From Candidatus Omnitrophota bacterium (lineage in GTDB: Bacteria > Omnitrophota > Gorgyraeia > Zapsychrales > Zapsychraceae), in the NCBI GenBank assembly GCA_035292445.1, contig DATDQB010000013.1, positions 82,132 to 146,131 of the forward strand: DNA of 64,000 nucleotides, given 5' to 3'. The notes below the pieces were generated by a model. The model ran no database searches. It saw nothing but the letters and a program-made list of their open reading frames with translations, and had not been told where the DNA came from. Made by a program: the position numbers and the translations under genes. Shown here one piece after another: positions 31,606 to 41,726 of the stretch. The stretch's first letter is position 1, and each line of letters begins with the position of its first letter.

Positions 31606-34600
31606 ATGCGAAAACGGATTATATTTATCTTATTGTCCCTGTTAATGTTAGGCACCATCGCCTTCTTCTACGTCCAAAACATCCTCATCCCCATTAAAGT
31701 AAAACAGTTTATCGAAGAAAAGGCCCAAGATTACTTAAAAAGAAAGATCGAAATCGCCGACATCCAATTCAAGCCCTTCCAGGGCTTTCGATTCATCAAT
31801 ATAAAGATCTATGAAAAAGACGCCCCTGAGACACTGTTTTTCTTCGCGGATGAAGTGCGTTTTCAGATCCTCTTCGCGGCCTTCTTTCAACATAAGACGT
31901 TGATCGTACCTTCCCTCCAGTTGGTCAAACCCACCCTGCATTTGACGCGCGATGAAACCGGCGCCTGGAACATCGCTGACCTTCTCAATCTTAAACAAGC
32001 CAAAGACGAGCGGATGGAGTACACCTTCTTCGTACGAAAATTCATCCTGGAGAAGGCAACCGCCGACTATGCCGATCACAGCAAGGATACAAAATTCTTT
32101 GAATCGTACGAAAACATTGATCTTGATGCGGCCATTTCTTTCGACCGCTCCATCCATTACGAAATAGCCGTTGACCTTCCCATAAGAAAGGCCCGCCTTA
32201 AATCAACAGGAACCATTGCCGCGGCAACCAAAAAGATATCTGCACAGCTGGCGCTTGATAATTTCCCGCTTTCCGATTACGTCAGTTTATTGACAAACGA
32301 CCAAAACCTCACCATGAAAGACACTTTTGTGACAACGCCCGATCTCACCATGAACTATCAAAACAATAGCCTGGACATCAAAGCAAGCCTTAAATTCCCC
32401 TCCTTCTTCCTTAAATATGCCGACGGACAGATCTCCGGCCCCTTTGATATTACCAACGCAAACTTTAAACATGAAAATAACGTACTGTATCTCTCGGGGA
32501 CCTTCAGCTCAGCGCAAGCTGTCTTCAAAAAATCCAATCTGTTTTTGTCCTCCCCCCTGTCATTAACGCTTAAAGCCTTAAGCTTGAAAAATAAAGAAAT
32601 AAAAATGTTGGCGGATTTGACCCTCAACAACGCCCAATTCTCGTGGTCGGAAAATAAATCCGTGCGCGGCCAGCTGATGATCCAGGACATCCGGCTCGAT
32701 AAAGCGCAAAGCAGCTCTCTCACGTGGCAGAAAGCGGTCTTGGAATCGGCTGAATTGATCTACGAAGACCGGTTAACTTTCAAGGGAAACCTTCTCATGG
32801 ATAAGCTCTCCTTGACCCATCAAAGCGATGACTTATCCATTGACGTACCTTTCCGTATTACAAAAGCGGATTGTGCGGTCGGCGAAGATAAGATCATCCA
32901 TTCCGACGTCTTGGCAAGAAAATTCCAGGGCCGCATCAAAGGCCGAAAATTGTACATCGATACCCTTGTTGACCTGCCCAACATGGAAATCCTCTTTGGC
33001 CAATTCCAGCGATTCCTCGGCAGCCCCAACATCGAGCTTCATACGATATTGGACCTTGGGCAAATAACGCCGCCTCTTTATAAAGGAAGCGTTACACTTA
33101 GCGATGTTTTGTTGGAAGGCATGAAGCCGGTCGGTGACATCACTCGGCTCACGGGAAAAGTATCTTTCGACAATGACGTCTTCTCCAGCGAGCAGCTGAG
33201 TTTCCGCGCCTTGGATAGCGATTTTCATGCTTCGGGCCAATGGTTCAATTCACAAAACCCAACAGCCGATATTCAACTTTCAACCGATAAAATTGATCTG
33301 TCACAACTGGCAAAGGTGTATCCGCCGCTAAAAGAAGATTATCAACTGATTCCTTCCGGGCCCGCTGCCATCGCCGCTAGTTATCAGGGACCTTTGTCTC
33401 CTTTCTCCGCAGGGTATCTTATGTTGGAATCACAATTGACAGGGGCCCATCTGGTATGGCAAAAGGGAAATAAAAAATTTTCCGACGTTTCAGGCCGGTT
33501 AACCCTTGGCAACGACCAGTTGATCTGGAAAAACCTCACCTTTGCCGTCGATGGCCAAACGTATAAAATGGAGGGCTCATTGAGCCGGCTGAAAACGCCT
33601 ATCATAGAAACCACCATTCAAAACGAACAGCTTGATGCCAAAACCATCCTTGCCTACATGGACCAAAGCTTTCGCGTTGATTCACTTAAGGGGCGGTATT
33701 TATCGTCAAGCTTTAATTTGAGCGGGGAATTCGGTTTCAATCGAAACGTCCGTTTGGAAGGAGACGGTGTTTTGAACCTGGAAGACCTGGCGGCATCACC
33801 GGGGCCGCTATCTCAACACATAAAAACGCTCCATCCGTTGGGCAGCCTGATGTGGAAAGGCTCATTCCTGGGCAATGCCGGTGATTGGAAAACCTCCGCA
33901 GTTAATGTGTCCGCTCAAACAAAGGCCATGAGATTATTCCATTACCCGATCGATAACGTAAACATCAATTTCAAACAAAAAAATCAATCCGTGCATGCGC
34001 TTTTAATGACGGCCAGCGTGTATGAGGGGCCGTTGAATATCGAGGCCAATATCGATCTCTCCAAAGACGGCGCGCCTTTCCAATCCACCACCAGCCTGGC
34101 GGACATGAACCTGACCGCTTATCGAAAGGATAAAAAGACAAAAAATGTGCATCTTTCCGGAAAATTGACGTGCGAATTCAATCTAAAAGGTGAACTGCTC
34201 GATCAGCCCAGCTACCAGGGAATAGGTTATTTCGCCATTACGGAAGCTTATCTGGGACAGCTTGTCCCACAGCTGAATGAAGCCATTTACACCGAGGCCA
34301 ACGCGGATTTTGTGATTAAGAACCGAAAAATAATCACCGAAAATGCCATGATCATTAGCAAAACCGTCGATCTTCTTGCCCAGGGATGGGTCGATTTTGA
34401 TAAAAATATCGACCTCGACATCACACCCGCCTTAAAACAAATCCAAAGAATCGATACCGGTTCCATCAAGATCGATCCCGCCACGTTTTTGACGCAGGCC
34501 GTCAGCCTTAAAATGACTGGAACTCTGGATAACCCAATCAAAAAAATCAACACCTCTGCCAGTAAGGTGTTCAAAAACACAACCGGTGTGATAAAGGAAG

Positions 34601-34632
34601 GGATTGGGAGTATTTTGGAGGAAATATTTTAG
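31606..34632 (+). CDS. AsmA-family outer-membrane biogenesis protein (TamB/YhdP-like): N-terminal TM anchor plus a long periplasmic beta-rich domain.
   Basis: The 1033-aa ORF at 31531..34632 likely starts at the internal ATG 31606 (MRKRIIFILLSLLMLGTIAFFYVQNILIPIK), because 31531 abuts tRNA-Pro. It has a single N-terminal TM helix, then the repetitive Ser/Thr/Asn/Gly-rich beta-strand pattern typical of the AsmA family. Confidence 0.6.
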   Translation: MRKRIIFILLSLLMLGTIAFFYVQNILIPIKVKQFIEEKAQDYLKRKIEIADIQFKPFQGFRFINIKIYEKDAPETLFFFADEVRFQILFAAFFQHKTLIVPSLQLVKPTLHLTRDETGAWNIADLLNLKQAKDERMEYTFFVRKFILEKATADYADHSKDTKFFESYENIDLDAAISFDRSIHYEIAVDLPIRKARLKSTGTIAAATKKISAQLALDNFPLSDYVSLLTNDQNLTMKDTFVTTPDLTMNYQNNSLDIKASLKFPSFFLKYADGQISGPFDITNANFKHENNVLYLSGTFSSAQAVFKKSNLFLSSPLSLTLKALSLKNKEIKMLADLTLNNAQFSWSENKSVRGQLMIQDIRLDKAQSSSLTWQKAVLESAELIYEDRLTFKGNLLMDKLSLTHQSDDLSIDVPFRITKADCAVGEDKIIHSDVLARKFQGRIKGRKLYIDTLVDLPNMEILFGQFQRFLGSPNIELHTILDLGQITPPLYKGSVTLSDVLLEGMKPVGDITRLTGKVSFDNDVFSSEQLSFRALDSDFHASGQWFNSQNPTADIQLSTDKIDLSQLAKVYPPLKEDYQLIPSGPAAIAASYQGPLSPFSAGYLMLESQLTGAHLVWQKGNKKFSDVSGRLTLGNDQLIWKNLTFAVDGQTYKMEGSLSRLKTPIIETTIQNEQLDAKTILAYMDQSFRVDSLKGRYLSSSFNLSGEFGFNRNVRLEGDGVLNLEDLAASPGPLSQHIKTLHPLGSLMWKGSFLGNAGDWKTSAVNVSAQTKAMRLFHYPIDNVNINFKQKNQSVHALLMTASVYEGPLNIEANIDLSKDGAPFQSTTSLADMNLTAYRKDKKTKNVHLSGKLTCEFNLKGELLDQPSYQGIGYFAITEAYLGQLVPQLNEAIYTEANADFVIKNRKIITENAMIISKTVDLLAQGWVDFDKNIDLDITPALKQIQRIDTGSIKIDPATFLTQAVSLKMTGTLDNPIKKINTSASKVFKNTTGVIKEGIGSILEEIF

Positions 34633-34668
34633 GGAAATACAAATGTAGGGGCAACCCTTGCGGTTGCC

Positions 34669-35307
34669 CTATAAAGGGCGGGTGCGAGACCCGCCCCTAC
34701 AAAAATATTCATTCAATATTTTTTTAATTTTCCTAAACGCGCGGGCCCGATGGCTTATCTTGGTTTTAATGGAAGGGTCCAACTGGCCGAAAGTCTTGTT
34801 ATATTGGGGAAGGTAAAATAAGGGGTCGTAGCCAAAACCGTTTTTCCCCTTGGAACGAAGATCGATCAATCCGCTACAACTGCCACTGACAACATCAATG
34901 ATCCGGTTCCCGTCCACCAAAGCGGCGAAGCAGCGGTAACGCGCGTTTCTTTTCTTAAGCGGGACTCTTTTAAGGCAGCGAAGAAGCTTCAGGTTATTCT
35001 TCCGGTCGGTCGCATTCTCCCCCGAGAAGCGGGCGGAATAGATGCCTGGTTTGTTGCCGAGGGCCTTGACCTCAAGCCCTGAATCCTCACCGAGGGTTAA
35101 TTTCTTCGTATAAAACGCGATTGTTGCCGCTTTTTTGAGCGCGTTCTGGGCAAATGTTTTTCCGTCTTCATCGACCCTTGGAGCGCTGGGGTAATCGACA
35201 AGAGAGGTGATCTTTATGCCTAAATCGGCAAGCAATTCTTTGATCTCACGCAGCTTCCCCTTGTTTGTCGTCGCCACAACCAGTTCTTGCACGTTAGAAC
35301 TCCACAC
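34669..35307 (-). CDS. rdgB: Non-canonical purine NTP pyrophosphatase (RdgB/Ham1 family)
   Basis: [17 protein letters not shown]...[19 protein letters not shown]...FGYDPLFY are Ham1-family motifs. The gene is 3'-adjacent to rph, which is the usual gene order. Confidence 0.8.
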   Translation of the reverse strand: MWSSNVQELVVATTNKGKLREIKELLADLGIKITSLVDYPSAPRVDEDGKTFAQNALKKAATIAFYTKKLTLGEDSGLEVKALGNKPGIYSARFSGENATDRKNNLKLLRCLKRVPLKKRNARYRCFAALVDGNRIIDVVSGSCSGLIDLRSKGKNGFGYDPLFYLPQYNKTFGQLDPSIKTKISHRARAFRKIKKILNEYFCRGGSRTRPL

Positions 35308-36016
35308 CCTTCAAGTGCTTTTTCTGCAACGTGATAAGCCGCTTGATCCCTTTTTTGGCCAACGCAAGCAGCTGGTCCAATTCTTTCTTGGAAAATGAGC
35401 TCTTTTCCGCTGTTCCCTGGACCTCAATGAAATTGCCCTGCCCCACCATGACGACATTCATATCCATATCGGCTTTGGAGTCTTCCTCATAATTCAGATC
35501 GAGCGCCATTTGGCCCTTAATAATGCCGACGCTGACAGCGGCGACATAATCTTTAAGAGGGATGGTCGCGATCAAACCGTCTTTTTTCATCTTTCTAAAC
35601 GCCAAAGCCAAGGCGATAAACCCTCCCGTGATGGCGGCGGTCCGGGTACCTCCGTCGGCCTGGATAACATCACAGTCAATATTTATCGTGCGCTCCCCCA
35701 ACTGGTCCAAGGCCACCACCCCTCTTAACGAACGGCCAATCAGCCTTTGGATCTCGAACGTCCGCCCCGATTGAAAAATTTTTTCCCGGCGCATACGTGT
35801 ATTGGTCGAGCGCGGGAGCATGCCGTATTCGGCAGTCACCCAGCCTGTGCCCGATCCCTTCAAAAAAGGCGGCACACTTTCTTCCACCGAGGCGGTGCAG
35901 ATCACGCGCGTTTCCCCAAAACTGATCAAACAAGAGCCTTCGGCATGTTTATTATAATCTTTCACAACCGCAATCTTGCGCAACTGCTTATGATTGCGGC
36001 CATCATGTCTTGACAT
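35294..36016 (-). CDS. rph: Ribonuclease PH
   Basis: [41 protein letters not shown]...[11 protein letters not shown]. Length ~240 aa. Confidence 0.85.
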   Translation of the reverse strand: MSRHDGRNHKQLRKIAVVKDYNKHAEGSCLISFGETRVICTASVEESVPPFLKGSGTGWVTAEYGMLPRSTNTRMRREKIFQSGRTFEIQRLIGRSLRGVVALDQLGERTINIDCDVIQADGGTRTAAITGGFIALALAFRKMKKDGLIATIPLKDYVAAVSVGIIKGQMALDLNYEEDSKADMDMNVVMVGQGNFIEVQGTAEKSSFSKKELDQLLALAKKGIKRLITLQKKHLKGVEF

Positions 36017-36030
36017 TGAAAGCCTTTCTT

Positions 36031-36435
36031 TTATCGTTTCCTTCTTTTATATTCCGCCGTAACGGTTGTCCCTATCCCCCCGCGCGGGTTCATCACCACT
36101 TCGATCTTCGCCCACCGCGGCTGGCACGCCTTGACAAAATCTTCCAGGATCTTATTGGTCAGATGCTCATGAAATATCCCGACGTTTCGGTAAGCCACCA
36201 GGTATAATTTGAACGATTTTAATTCGATGCACAGCTTATGGGGGCCATACGTCAGATTAATGATCGCAAAATCTGGCAGCCCTGTTTTGGGGCAGATGCA
36301 GGTAAACTCGGACGTGTTCAGATGAACGGCATAATCTTTATGCGGATATTTGTTACTGAACACTTCCATGTCGGGAAGTATTAACGAATTAATATTTTCC
36401 TGCAAGCCTTCATAACTCGACTGGTGTTTCGGCAT
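36031..36435 (-). CDS. queF: NADPH-dependent 7-cyano-7-deazaguanine (preQ0) reductase, unimodular type
   Basis: The [19 protein letters not shown]...[10 protein letters not shown] QueF motif (Cys plus E-x-K-S-F-K-L-Y). 134 aa. Confidence 0.8.
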   Translation of the reverse strand: MPKHQSSYEGLQENINSLILPDMEVFSNKYPHKDYAVHLNTSEFTCICPKTGLPDFAIINLTYGPHKLCIELKSFKLYLVAYRNVGIFHEHLTNKILEDFVKACQPRWAKIEVVMNPRGGIGTTVTAEYKRRKR

Positions 36436-36492
36436 TTATTCTCCTTGCTATTTAATATAAAAGTACGGGCGACCCGCCGGGTCGCCCCTACA

Positions 36493-37182
36493 TCATCTTA
36501 ATTTCATAAATTTATGGACCTGTGGCAAAATGCGGACATTATTTAATCGTTTTAAACAAAGATCCTGAAATTCCAAACATTTTTTCATGACGCCGTTTTT
36601 CAACTCATAAGTGTTAGGCTGCAAAATAAAAAGGACATCGGGGTCTATACCGGCAACCAGTTGAACGCAGCGTCCAATATCTTCCTTATCGGTGTCGCTA
36701 CTGATGACTGTTTTGATAAAAACATCTTTTTGGCGGGCCAATTTCAGAAAAGATTCGTGCTCTTTCCAGAAAGGCTGGCATTTGGTTGAGCTCGGCAACT
36801 TTATATCCATGGCGATGGTGTCAATGCCGTCTATGACCATGCCCAGCGCCTGTGGCAAGACGCCGTTGGTTTCTAGGTAGGACTTTAACCCTTCTTTTTT
36901 AAGCGCGGGCAACATACCCTTAATAAACTCCGCCTGAAGAAGCGGCTCACCCCCGGTCAAACTGACCGACTCACAGCCCGCTTTAAGTGCGCGCACACGA
37001 TCCATGATCTCATCCAGCGTCATTTCTTTGAAATTTCTGACGGTATCCCCGATAGAGTTGGGTGTGTCGCACCAAACGCAGTGCATATTGCATTCAAAAA
37101 AACGCACAAACACCTGTTTGATGCCGGCGTATTTGCCTTCACCCTGGATGGACTGGAATATTTCAAGAACCTTGGCTTTCAT
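36493..37182 (-). CDS. queE: 7-carboxy-7-deazaguanine synthase (radical SAM)
   Basis: FFECNMHCVWCDTP radical-SAM cluster motif with the QueE N-terminus (KVLEIFQSIQGEG). Overlaps queC by 4 nt. Confidence 0.8.
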   Translation of the reverse strand: MKAKVLEIFQSIQGEGKYAGIKQVFVRFFECNMHCVWCDTPNSIGDTVRNFKEMTLDEIMDRVRALKAGCESVSLTGGEPLLQAEFIKGMLPALKKEGLKSYLETNGVLPQALGMVIDGIDTIAMDIKLPSSTKCQPFWKEHESFLKLARQKDVFIKTVISSDTDKEDIGRCVQLVAGIDPDVLFILQPNTYELKNGVMKKCLEFQDLCLKRLNNVRILPQVHKFMKLR

Positions 37183-37844
37183 TTTAAGATCGGGTCTTTG
37201 GACCCCGCTTCCTCAAATCCTTTTTGCCTCAACCGGCAGCTTTCACAAACTCCGCACGGAGTTTTGCCACCCTGATAACAGGACCATGTTCTTTCATAAG
37301 GCACTTTCAACCGTTTCCCCAACCGAACGATCTGCGCTTTCGTTTTACGGACCAACGGGGCGATGATCTTGATGGGGCTTCCCTCCACCCCTGATTTCAT
37401 CCCCGAGCGGACAACTTGCTCAAAAGATCTAAAAAATTGCGGCCGGCAATCCGGATAACCCGAGTAATCAATGGCATTGGCCCCGATAAAAACGGCCCTA
37501 GCACCGATCGCCTCCGCGTAGGATACGGCAAAACTCAAAAAAATGATATTGCGCGCCGGCACATAGGTCGACGGGATCTTTTGAGGGTCGATCTTCTTTC
37601 GCGTGGGAAGCCGCATCCTTTTATCCAACAACGATGAACCCCGCCACGGCAGTGAAATGCCAACCAGCCGATAATCACAGCCTGCTTGGGCGGCGATCCG
37701 CTTGGCCGCCTCGATCTCCTTACGGTGGCGCTGGCCGTAATTAAATATCAAACAATGCGGCGTATAACCCGAATGTTTCGCGTAATAAAGGATCGTTGCT
37801 GAATCCAATCCTCCGGAAAGTAATACGACCGCTTTCTTACTCAT
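37179..37844 (-). CDS. queC: 7-cyano-7-deazaguanine synthase
   Basis: KKAVVLLSGGLDSAT PP-loop and a C-terminal Zn-binding Cys cluster, CYQGGKTPCGVCESC. Confidence 0.85.
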   Translation of the reverse strand: MSKKAVVLLSGGLDSATILYYAKHSGYTPHCLIFNYGQRHRKEIEAAKRIAAQAGCDYRLVGISLPWRGSSLLDKRMRLPTRKKIDPQKIPSTYVPARNIIFLSFAVSYAEAIGARAVFIGANAIDYSGYPDCRPQFFRSFEQVVRSGMKSGVEGSPIKIIAPLVRKTKAQIVRLGKRLKVPYERTWSCYQGGKTPCGVCESCRLRQKGFEEAGSKDPILK

Positions 37845-38199
37845 AATACGTCACGCTCGATGTATCGGATTCCCAAACCCTGACCTTACTGATCTTAAGC
37901 GGCACGATTTCTTTGGCAAAATGCTTATAAACGTATTTGGCTATATTTTCCGTCGTGGGGTTATCCCTCTTAAAATACTCCAGGTCATTCAAGCAAACAT
38001 GGTCCAATGGCTTTAAGAATGCCTTTAACTTCTTTTTTATATCTTGAAAATCGATCACCATTCCGATTTTATCCAACGACCCGCTCAAAACCGTTACCTC
38101 GATCTTCCAGGTATGGCCGTGCAGGTTCTTGCACGGGCCCTCATAACCGGGAAGAAAATGGGCAGAGGCGATATGGTCGCAAACGGATAACTCAAACAT
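37837..38199 (-). CDS. queD: 6-carboxy-5,6,7,8-tetrahydropterin synthase (PTPS family)
   Basis: CDHIASAHFLPGYEGPCKNLHGHTWKIEV is the PTPS/QueD motif (Cys and His-x-His). 120 aa. Confidence 0.8.
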   Translation of the reverse strand: MFELSVCDHIASAHFLPGYEGPCKNLHGHTWKIEVTVLSGSLDKIGMVIDFQDIKKKLKAFLKPLDHVCLNDLEYFKRDNPTTENIAKYVYKHFAKEIVPLKISKVRVWESDTSSVTYYE

Positions 38200-38200
38200 C

Positions 38201-39043
38201 TTAGACTCCCTTTATCGTCTGAACATGGTCGATATCAAAGCCGAGAAAAGTACGGGCGATCTTTTTGAATTGCTGGGGCTTATCGCTGATGAGGAACTTA
38301 ACCTTTCCCCTGCTATGTTTGCGGTTCACCAATCCGAGCCGGCTTAAGGTATCTTTGACTTCACTGGCGACCTCTTTGGCCGAATCGATCAACGTGACTT
38401 TCTGCCCCATTGTCTTTCTTAATGTGTTCTTTAAAAGAGGATAATGCGTACAACCCAAAATCAACGTATCCACCTTACGCTTCTTTAACGCCTGCAGATA
38501 ACTGTCGGCGACATCAAGAGCGATTCTTTTGTTGAACCATCCTTCCTCGACCAAAGGGACGAACATGGGGCACGCCTGGGTGAACACCTGGGCGCTTTTT
38601 CTAAAGCGCTTGATGGTTTTAGGGTACTGGCCGCTGGCGATGGTTGCGGAAGTCGCGATAACGCCTACTCTATTATTACGCGTCTGGCTCGTCGCTTTTT
38701 TGGCGCTGGGGACAAGCACGCCGAGAATAGGAAGGGAAAAATTCCTCTTTAAAATGGGCATCGCATAACTCGAGCAGGAATTACAGGCCACCACCACGCA
38801 CTTGACTTTATGCTTTAAAAGGATCCTCGTATTTTCTTTTGAGAAACGGATAATGGTCTCTTTGGATTTGGTCCCGTAAGGCACGCGGGCGGTATCGCCG
38901 AAGTAAACGATATTCTCAAAAGGAAGTTGCCGGCGCAGTTCCTTGACGACCGTTAACCCTCCGAGGCCTGAATCAAAAACGCCGATGGCAAAGTTGCGCT
39001 TATTGGCTGTTGATATAATCAAGGATACCCCTGGCCAAGGCAT
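38201..39043 (-). CDS. murI: Glutamate racemase
   Basis: IGVFDSGLGGLTVVKEL...VVACNSCSS...LGCTHYP. The start codon is uncertain; the ORF overlaps the upstream amidase end. Confidence 0.8.
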   Translation of the reverse strand: MPWPGVSLIISTANKRNFAIGVFDSGLGGLTVVKELRRQLPFENIVYFGDTARVPYGTKSKETIIRFSKENTRILLKHKVKCVVVACNSCSSYAMPILKRNFSLPILGVLVPSAKKATSQTRNNRVGVIATSATIASGQYPKTIKRFRKSAQVFTQACPMFVPLVEEGWFNKRIALDVADSYLQALKKRKVDTLILGCTHYPLLKNTLRKTMGQKVTLIDSAKEVASEVKDTLSRLGLVNRKHSRGKVKFLISDKPQQFKKIARTFLGFDIDHVQTIKGV

Positions 39044-40043
39044 GCGCCAACTTTTGGCGATAGCCTTTATCTTTTAAAAGTTTCTCCTCTTTGGGATTGC
39101 TCAAATAACCCACTTCCACCAGAATGGCTGGGATTAACGTATTGCGCAAAACAAAAAAACGGCTCGTCTTAGCGCCGAGATTCTTTGCCTTTACATAACC
39201 AGCCGCCTGTTGTGATAACTCCTGGGCCAATTGGACTGATTGCCCCTGTTTATATGTATAGAGCATATCCCCGACAATGCTTTTTAAATTTTCATCGCTT
39301 TGATGCATCGATAACTGCCGATACAGCGTTTCTTGGTTTTCCTGCCGCTGGAGATCGTTGAGCTCAAAAAAATCCAAATCCTTCAAAGAATAGACCTCGA
39401 TGCCATTGACGCTTCTTCTGTCGTGAGCATTGGCATGGATACTCACAAAAAGATCGGCCTTCGACTCGCTGGCTAAAACCGTCCGGTCCTTCAAGGAAAT
39501 AAACTCATCCGTACGCCTGGTCATAACCACCTTGATGCCATGGCGCTCCAAGATCTGTTTGAATTTCTGCGCAATGTCCAAAACAACCGTCTTTTCGTAT
39601 AACCGGGAAGCGCCGATCGCACCGGGATCCTTTCCCCCATGGCCCGCATCAACGACCACCTTTCTAATCTTTCTTATGGAAAAATCTTCTTTACGGGAAA
39701 TCTGTTGCAGTAGCCGGTCCGTCACTTTTTCTTTAAAATCCGCCGGAACAATGACGGCACCGCGCTGAAGCTTTAAAGGCGCGCTTAAGACCACCTTTTC
39801 GTCATCGACCAGAACAATATCACTGCCGACCATCGCGTTGGCTGTCCCCGCCCCCCCATAAAGAAAGATCGCCTGAGAAACGGAATCCAGGCTGAAACTA
39901 ATATTATGTCGGTCGCACAGCTCTTTTAAAGACAGCTCTGCGGAAACAGCAGGCACCTTCTTGGAAGGCCGCGCCGTCGCACATCCTGCCAACAGGCACA
40001 CGCACAGAATAACGACGACATGCTTGAACGAATCTTTTCTCAT
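39000..40043 (-). CDS. N-acetylmuramoyl-L-alanine amidase (AmiC-like, Amidase_3) with an N-terminal lipoprotein-type signal and a possible AMIN domain
   Basis: VVVDAGHGGKDPGA...DLFVSIHANA...GIEVYS are Amidase_3 motifs. The N-terminus is VVILCVCLLAGC. Confidence 0.75.
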   Translation of the reverse strand: MRKDSFKHVVVILCVCLLAGCATARPSKKVPAVSAELSLKELCDRHNISFSLDSVSQAIFLYGGAGTANAMVGSDIVLVDDEKVVLSAPLKLQRGAVIVPADFKEKVTDRLLQQISRKEDFSIRKIRKVVVDAGHGGKDPGAIGASRLYEKTVVLDIAQKFKQILERHGIKVVMTRRTDEFISLKDRTVLASESKADLFVSIHANAHDRRSVNGIEVYSLKDLDFFELNDLQRQENQETLYRQLSMHQSDENLKSIVGDMLYTYKQGQSVQLAQELSQQAAGYVKAKNLGAKTSRFFVLRNTLIPAILVEVGYLSNPKEEKLLKDKGYRQKLAHALARGILDYINSQ

Positions 40044-40048
40044 ACCTT

Positions 40049-41608
40049 TTATGGTGAAATCGTATTGACCGTCAGAAACACGATGATTTCCGTATTACGT
40101 AATTGCTCTCCCTCGCTTTGAAACGCAAAGCCCAGTATCGGTAAATCGCCCAATAAGGGAATTTTCCGCAAGGACTTGACAAATACTTCCTTTAGCATAC
40201 TTCCGATAACGATCGTCGCCCCGTTTTCCACCTCCATGATAACCGGTTCCTGGGCTTTTTCCTCGGCCAGGAGCCCTCGCTCTCTTTCCTCGCCATCGCC
40301 AATACCGGGTAAAACACGAGTTGCGCTTTTGATAATATCGGCCCCCATGGCAACGCTTCGTATAAGAATATTTTTTCTCGGTTTCTGCTGGCCATTTTCA
40401 TCGACAACGACATAAACGGAAGGCTGGATTTCAACGGTAATCGCGTTATCCTCCTGCCATTGGGGGCTCAAAACAAATTTAACATCCCCCTCTCTTAATT
40501 CAAATCCTACCTGCGTATGATCCTCTTCTACGCGCGCAATCTCCTGCACGGGAATAAGAAATTGGGCCTTACCGTTACTTTGGGTCATTAATTCATCGAC
40601 AAAAACCGTCTTAATGGCTCCGACGGTTTCCAGTGCCTCCGTTAAAATAACCAGATCTTCGGCCGAGATGGTCCCCATGCTGATTTTGTTCTCTTCCACG
40701 GCCAAGCGAGGGGTATCAAAGACATCGAAAGGCAGGCTTTGATAGGTGGAAACGATCGCTTCCCAATCGACTCCCGTTTCATGCTCGTCGCTTAAGATAA
40801 TCTGAATCACTTTGACATCGATCTGGATTTCTTTGACAGTATCCAAGATCCTGATCAATCGTTCGATCTCCTGGACATTCGAGAGCCTGTCAGTCACCAG
40901 CAAGCTATTTTTTTCCGCATTGACTTCCACCCTGCCGACTTTGGCCGTCAATTTCTCGGTGACCTTCTTGGCCACCTCGGCGGCGTCCGCATTTTGAAGA
41001 GCGATCTCTTTACTTTCCATAGGCACATCCAGCTCTTTAATGACCTTTTCCATCGATGCCAACGTGTCCGGGTGGTCTATCAGAATGAATGAATTGGTTT
41101 CTTCGTTATAGATAATCTTGCCAGAAGGGGTTTTCAGCTGATTTAAAGTGTCCATCAAATCCTGCGCTTTAAGATAGACCAGCGGGATAATACGTGTCTG
41201 GATTTTTTTACCGAATGCCTGACCGTACTGTTGCTCAAAAACGCTTTCAGGCATGACACGGATGCTTTTTTGCTCTTTGCCGTCAATCATCTCTGTTCCC
41301 TCGCTAAAAGCCAGATCGAGCTTCTCTAAGATAATTCTTAAGGCACTGAGCACATCAATATCTGTCAGGAAAATGTCCACCCGGCCCCGGATCTCTCCCT
41401 CAACCTTTATGGGATAAGAGCTCTTTTGGGAAATCTTTTGTAATACCTCGCTGATGTCGGCCCCTTCCGCTTCCAGGATTTCAATATAACCTCCGTCCCT
41501 TAACTCCAGCGTGACGGAAGGATCCTTCAGCTCTTGAGCTTTAAGAGGCCCTGGGCACCAGATAAAAACATTCATCAACAAAAATGTAACTAGATAAATA
41601 TTTCTCAT
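40049..41608 (-). CDS. Secretin-family outer-membrane channel (GspD/PilQ/CpaC-like), 519 aa from the internal Met
   Basis: Two Secretin_N-like repeats (IIPLVYLKAQDLMDTLNQL...NSFILIDHPDTLASMEKVIKELD and IALQNADAAEVAKKV...NSLLVTDRLSNVQEIERLIRILD) and a secretin C-domain ending KIPLLGDLPILGFAFQSEGEQLRNTEIIVFLTVNTI. The start is likely the internal MRNIYLVTFLLMNVF signal peptide. Confidence 0.7.
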   Translation of the reverse strand: MRNIYLVTFLLMNVFIWCPGPLKAQELKDPSVTLELRDGGYIEILEAEGADISEVLQKISQKSSYPIKVEGEIRGRVDIFLTDIDVLSALRIILEKLDLAFSEGTEMIDGKEQKSIRVMPESVFEQQYGQAFGKKIQTRIIPLVYLKAQDLMDTLNQLKTPSGKIIYNEETNSFILIDHPDTLASMEKVIKELDVPMESKEIALQNADAAEVAKKVTEKLTAKVGRVEVNAEKNSLLVTDRLSNVQEIERLIRILDTVKEIQIDVKVIQIILSDEHETGVDWEAIVSTYQSLPFDVFDTPRLAVEENKISMGTISAEDLVILTEALETVGAIKTVFVDELMTQSNGKAQFLIPVQEIARVEEDHTQVGFELREGDVKFVLSPQWQEDNAITVEIQPSVYVVVDENGQQKPRKNILIRSVAMGADIIKSATRVLPGIGDGEERERGLLAEEKAQEPVIMEVENGATIVIGSMLKEVFVKSLRKIPLLGDLPILGFAFQSEGEQLRNTEIIVFLTVNTISP

Positions 41609-41726
41609 AATAGTACTATTCAAATTAATATTTATGGAAAGTAGTGCCCCTATTTTTATACAAGGAAAGAAAACTGTCAAGCTTCATTTAAGAATCCCCC
41701 TTTAAAACGCCTTTAATCCGAGCGGT

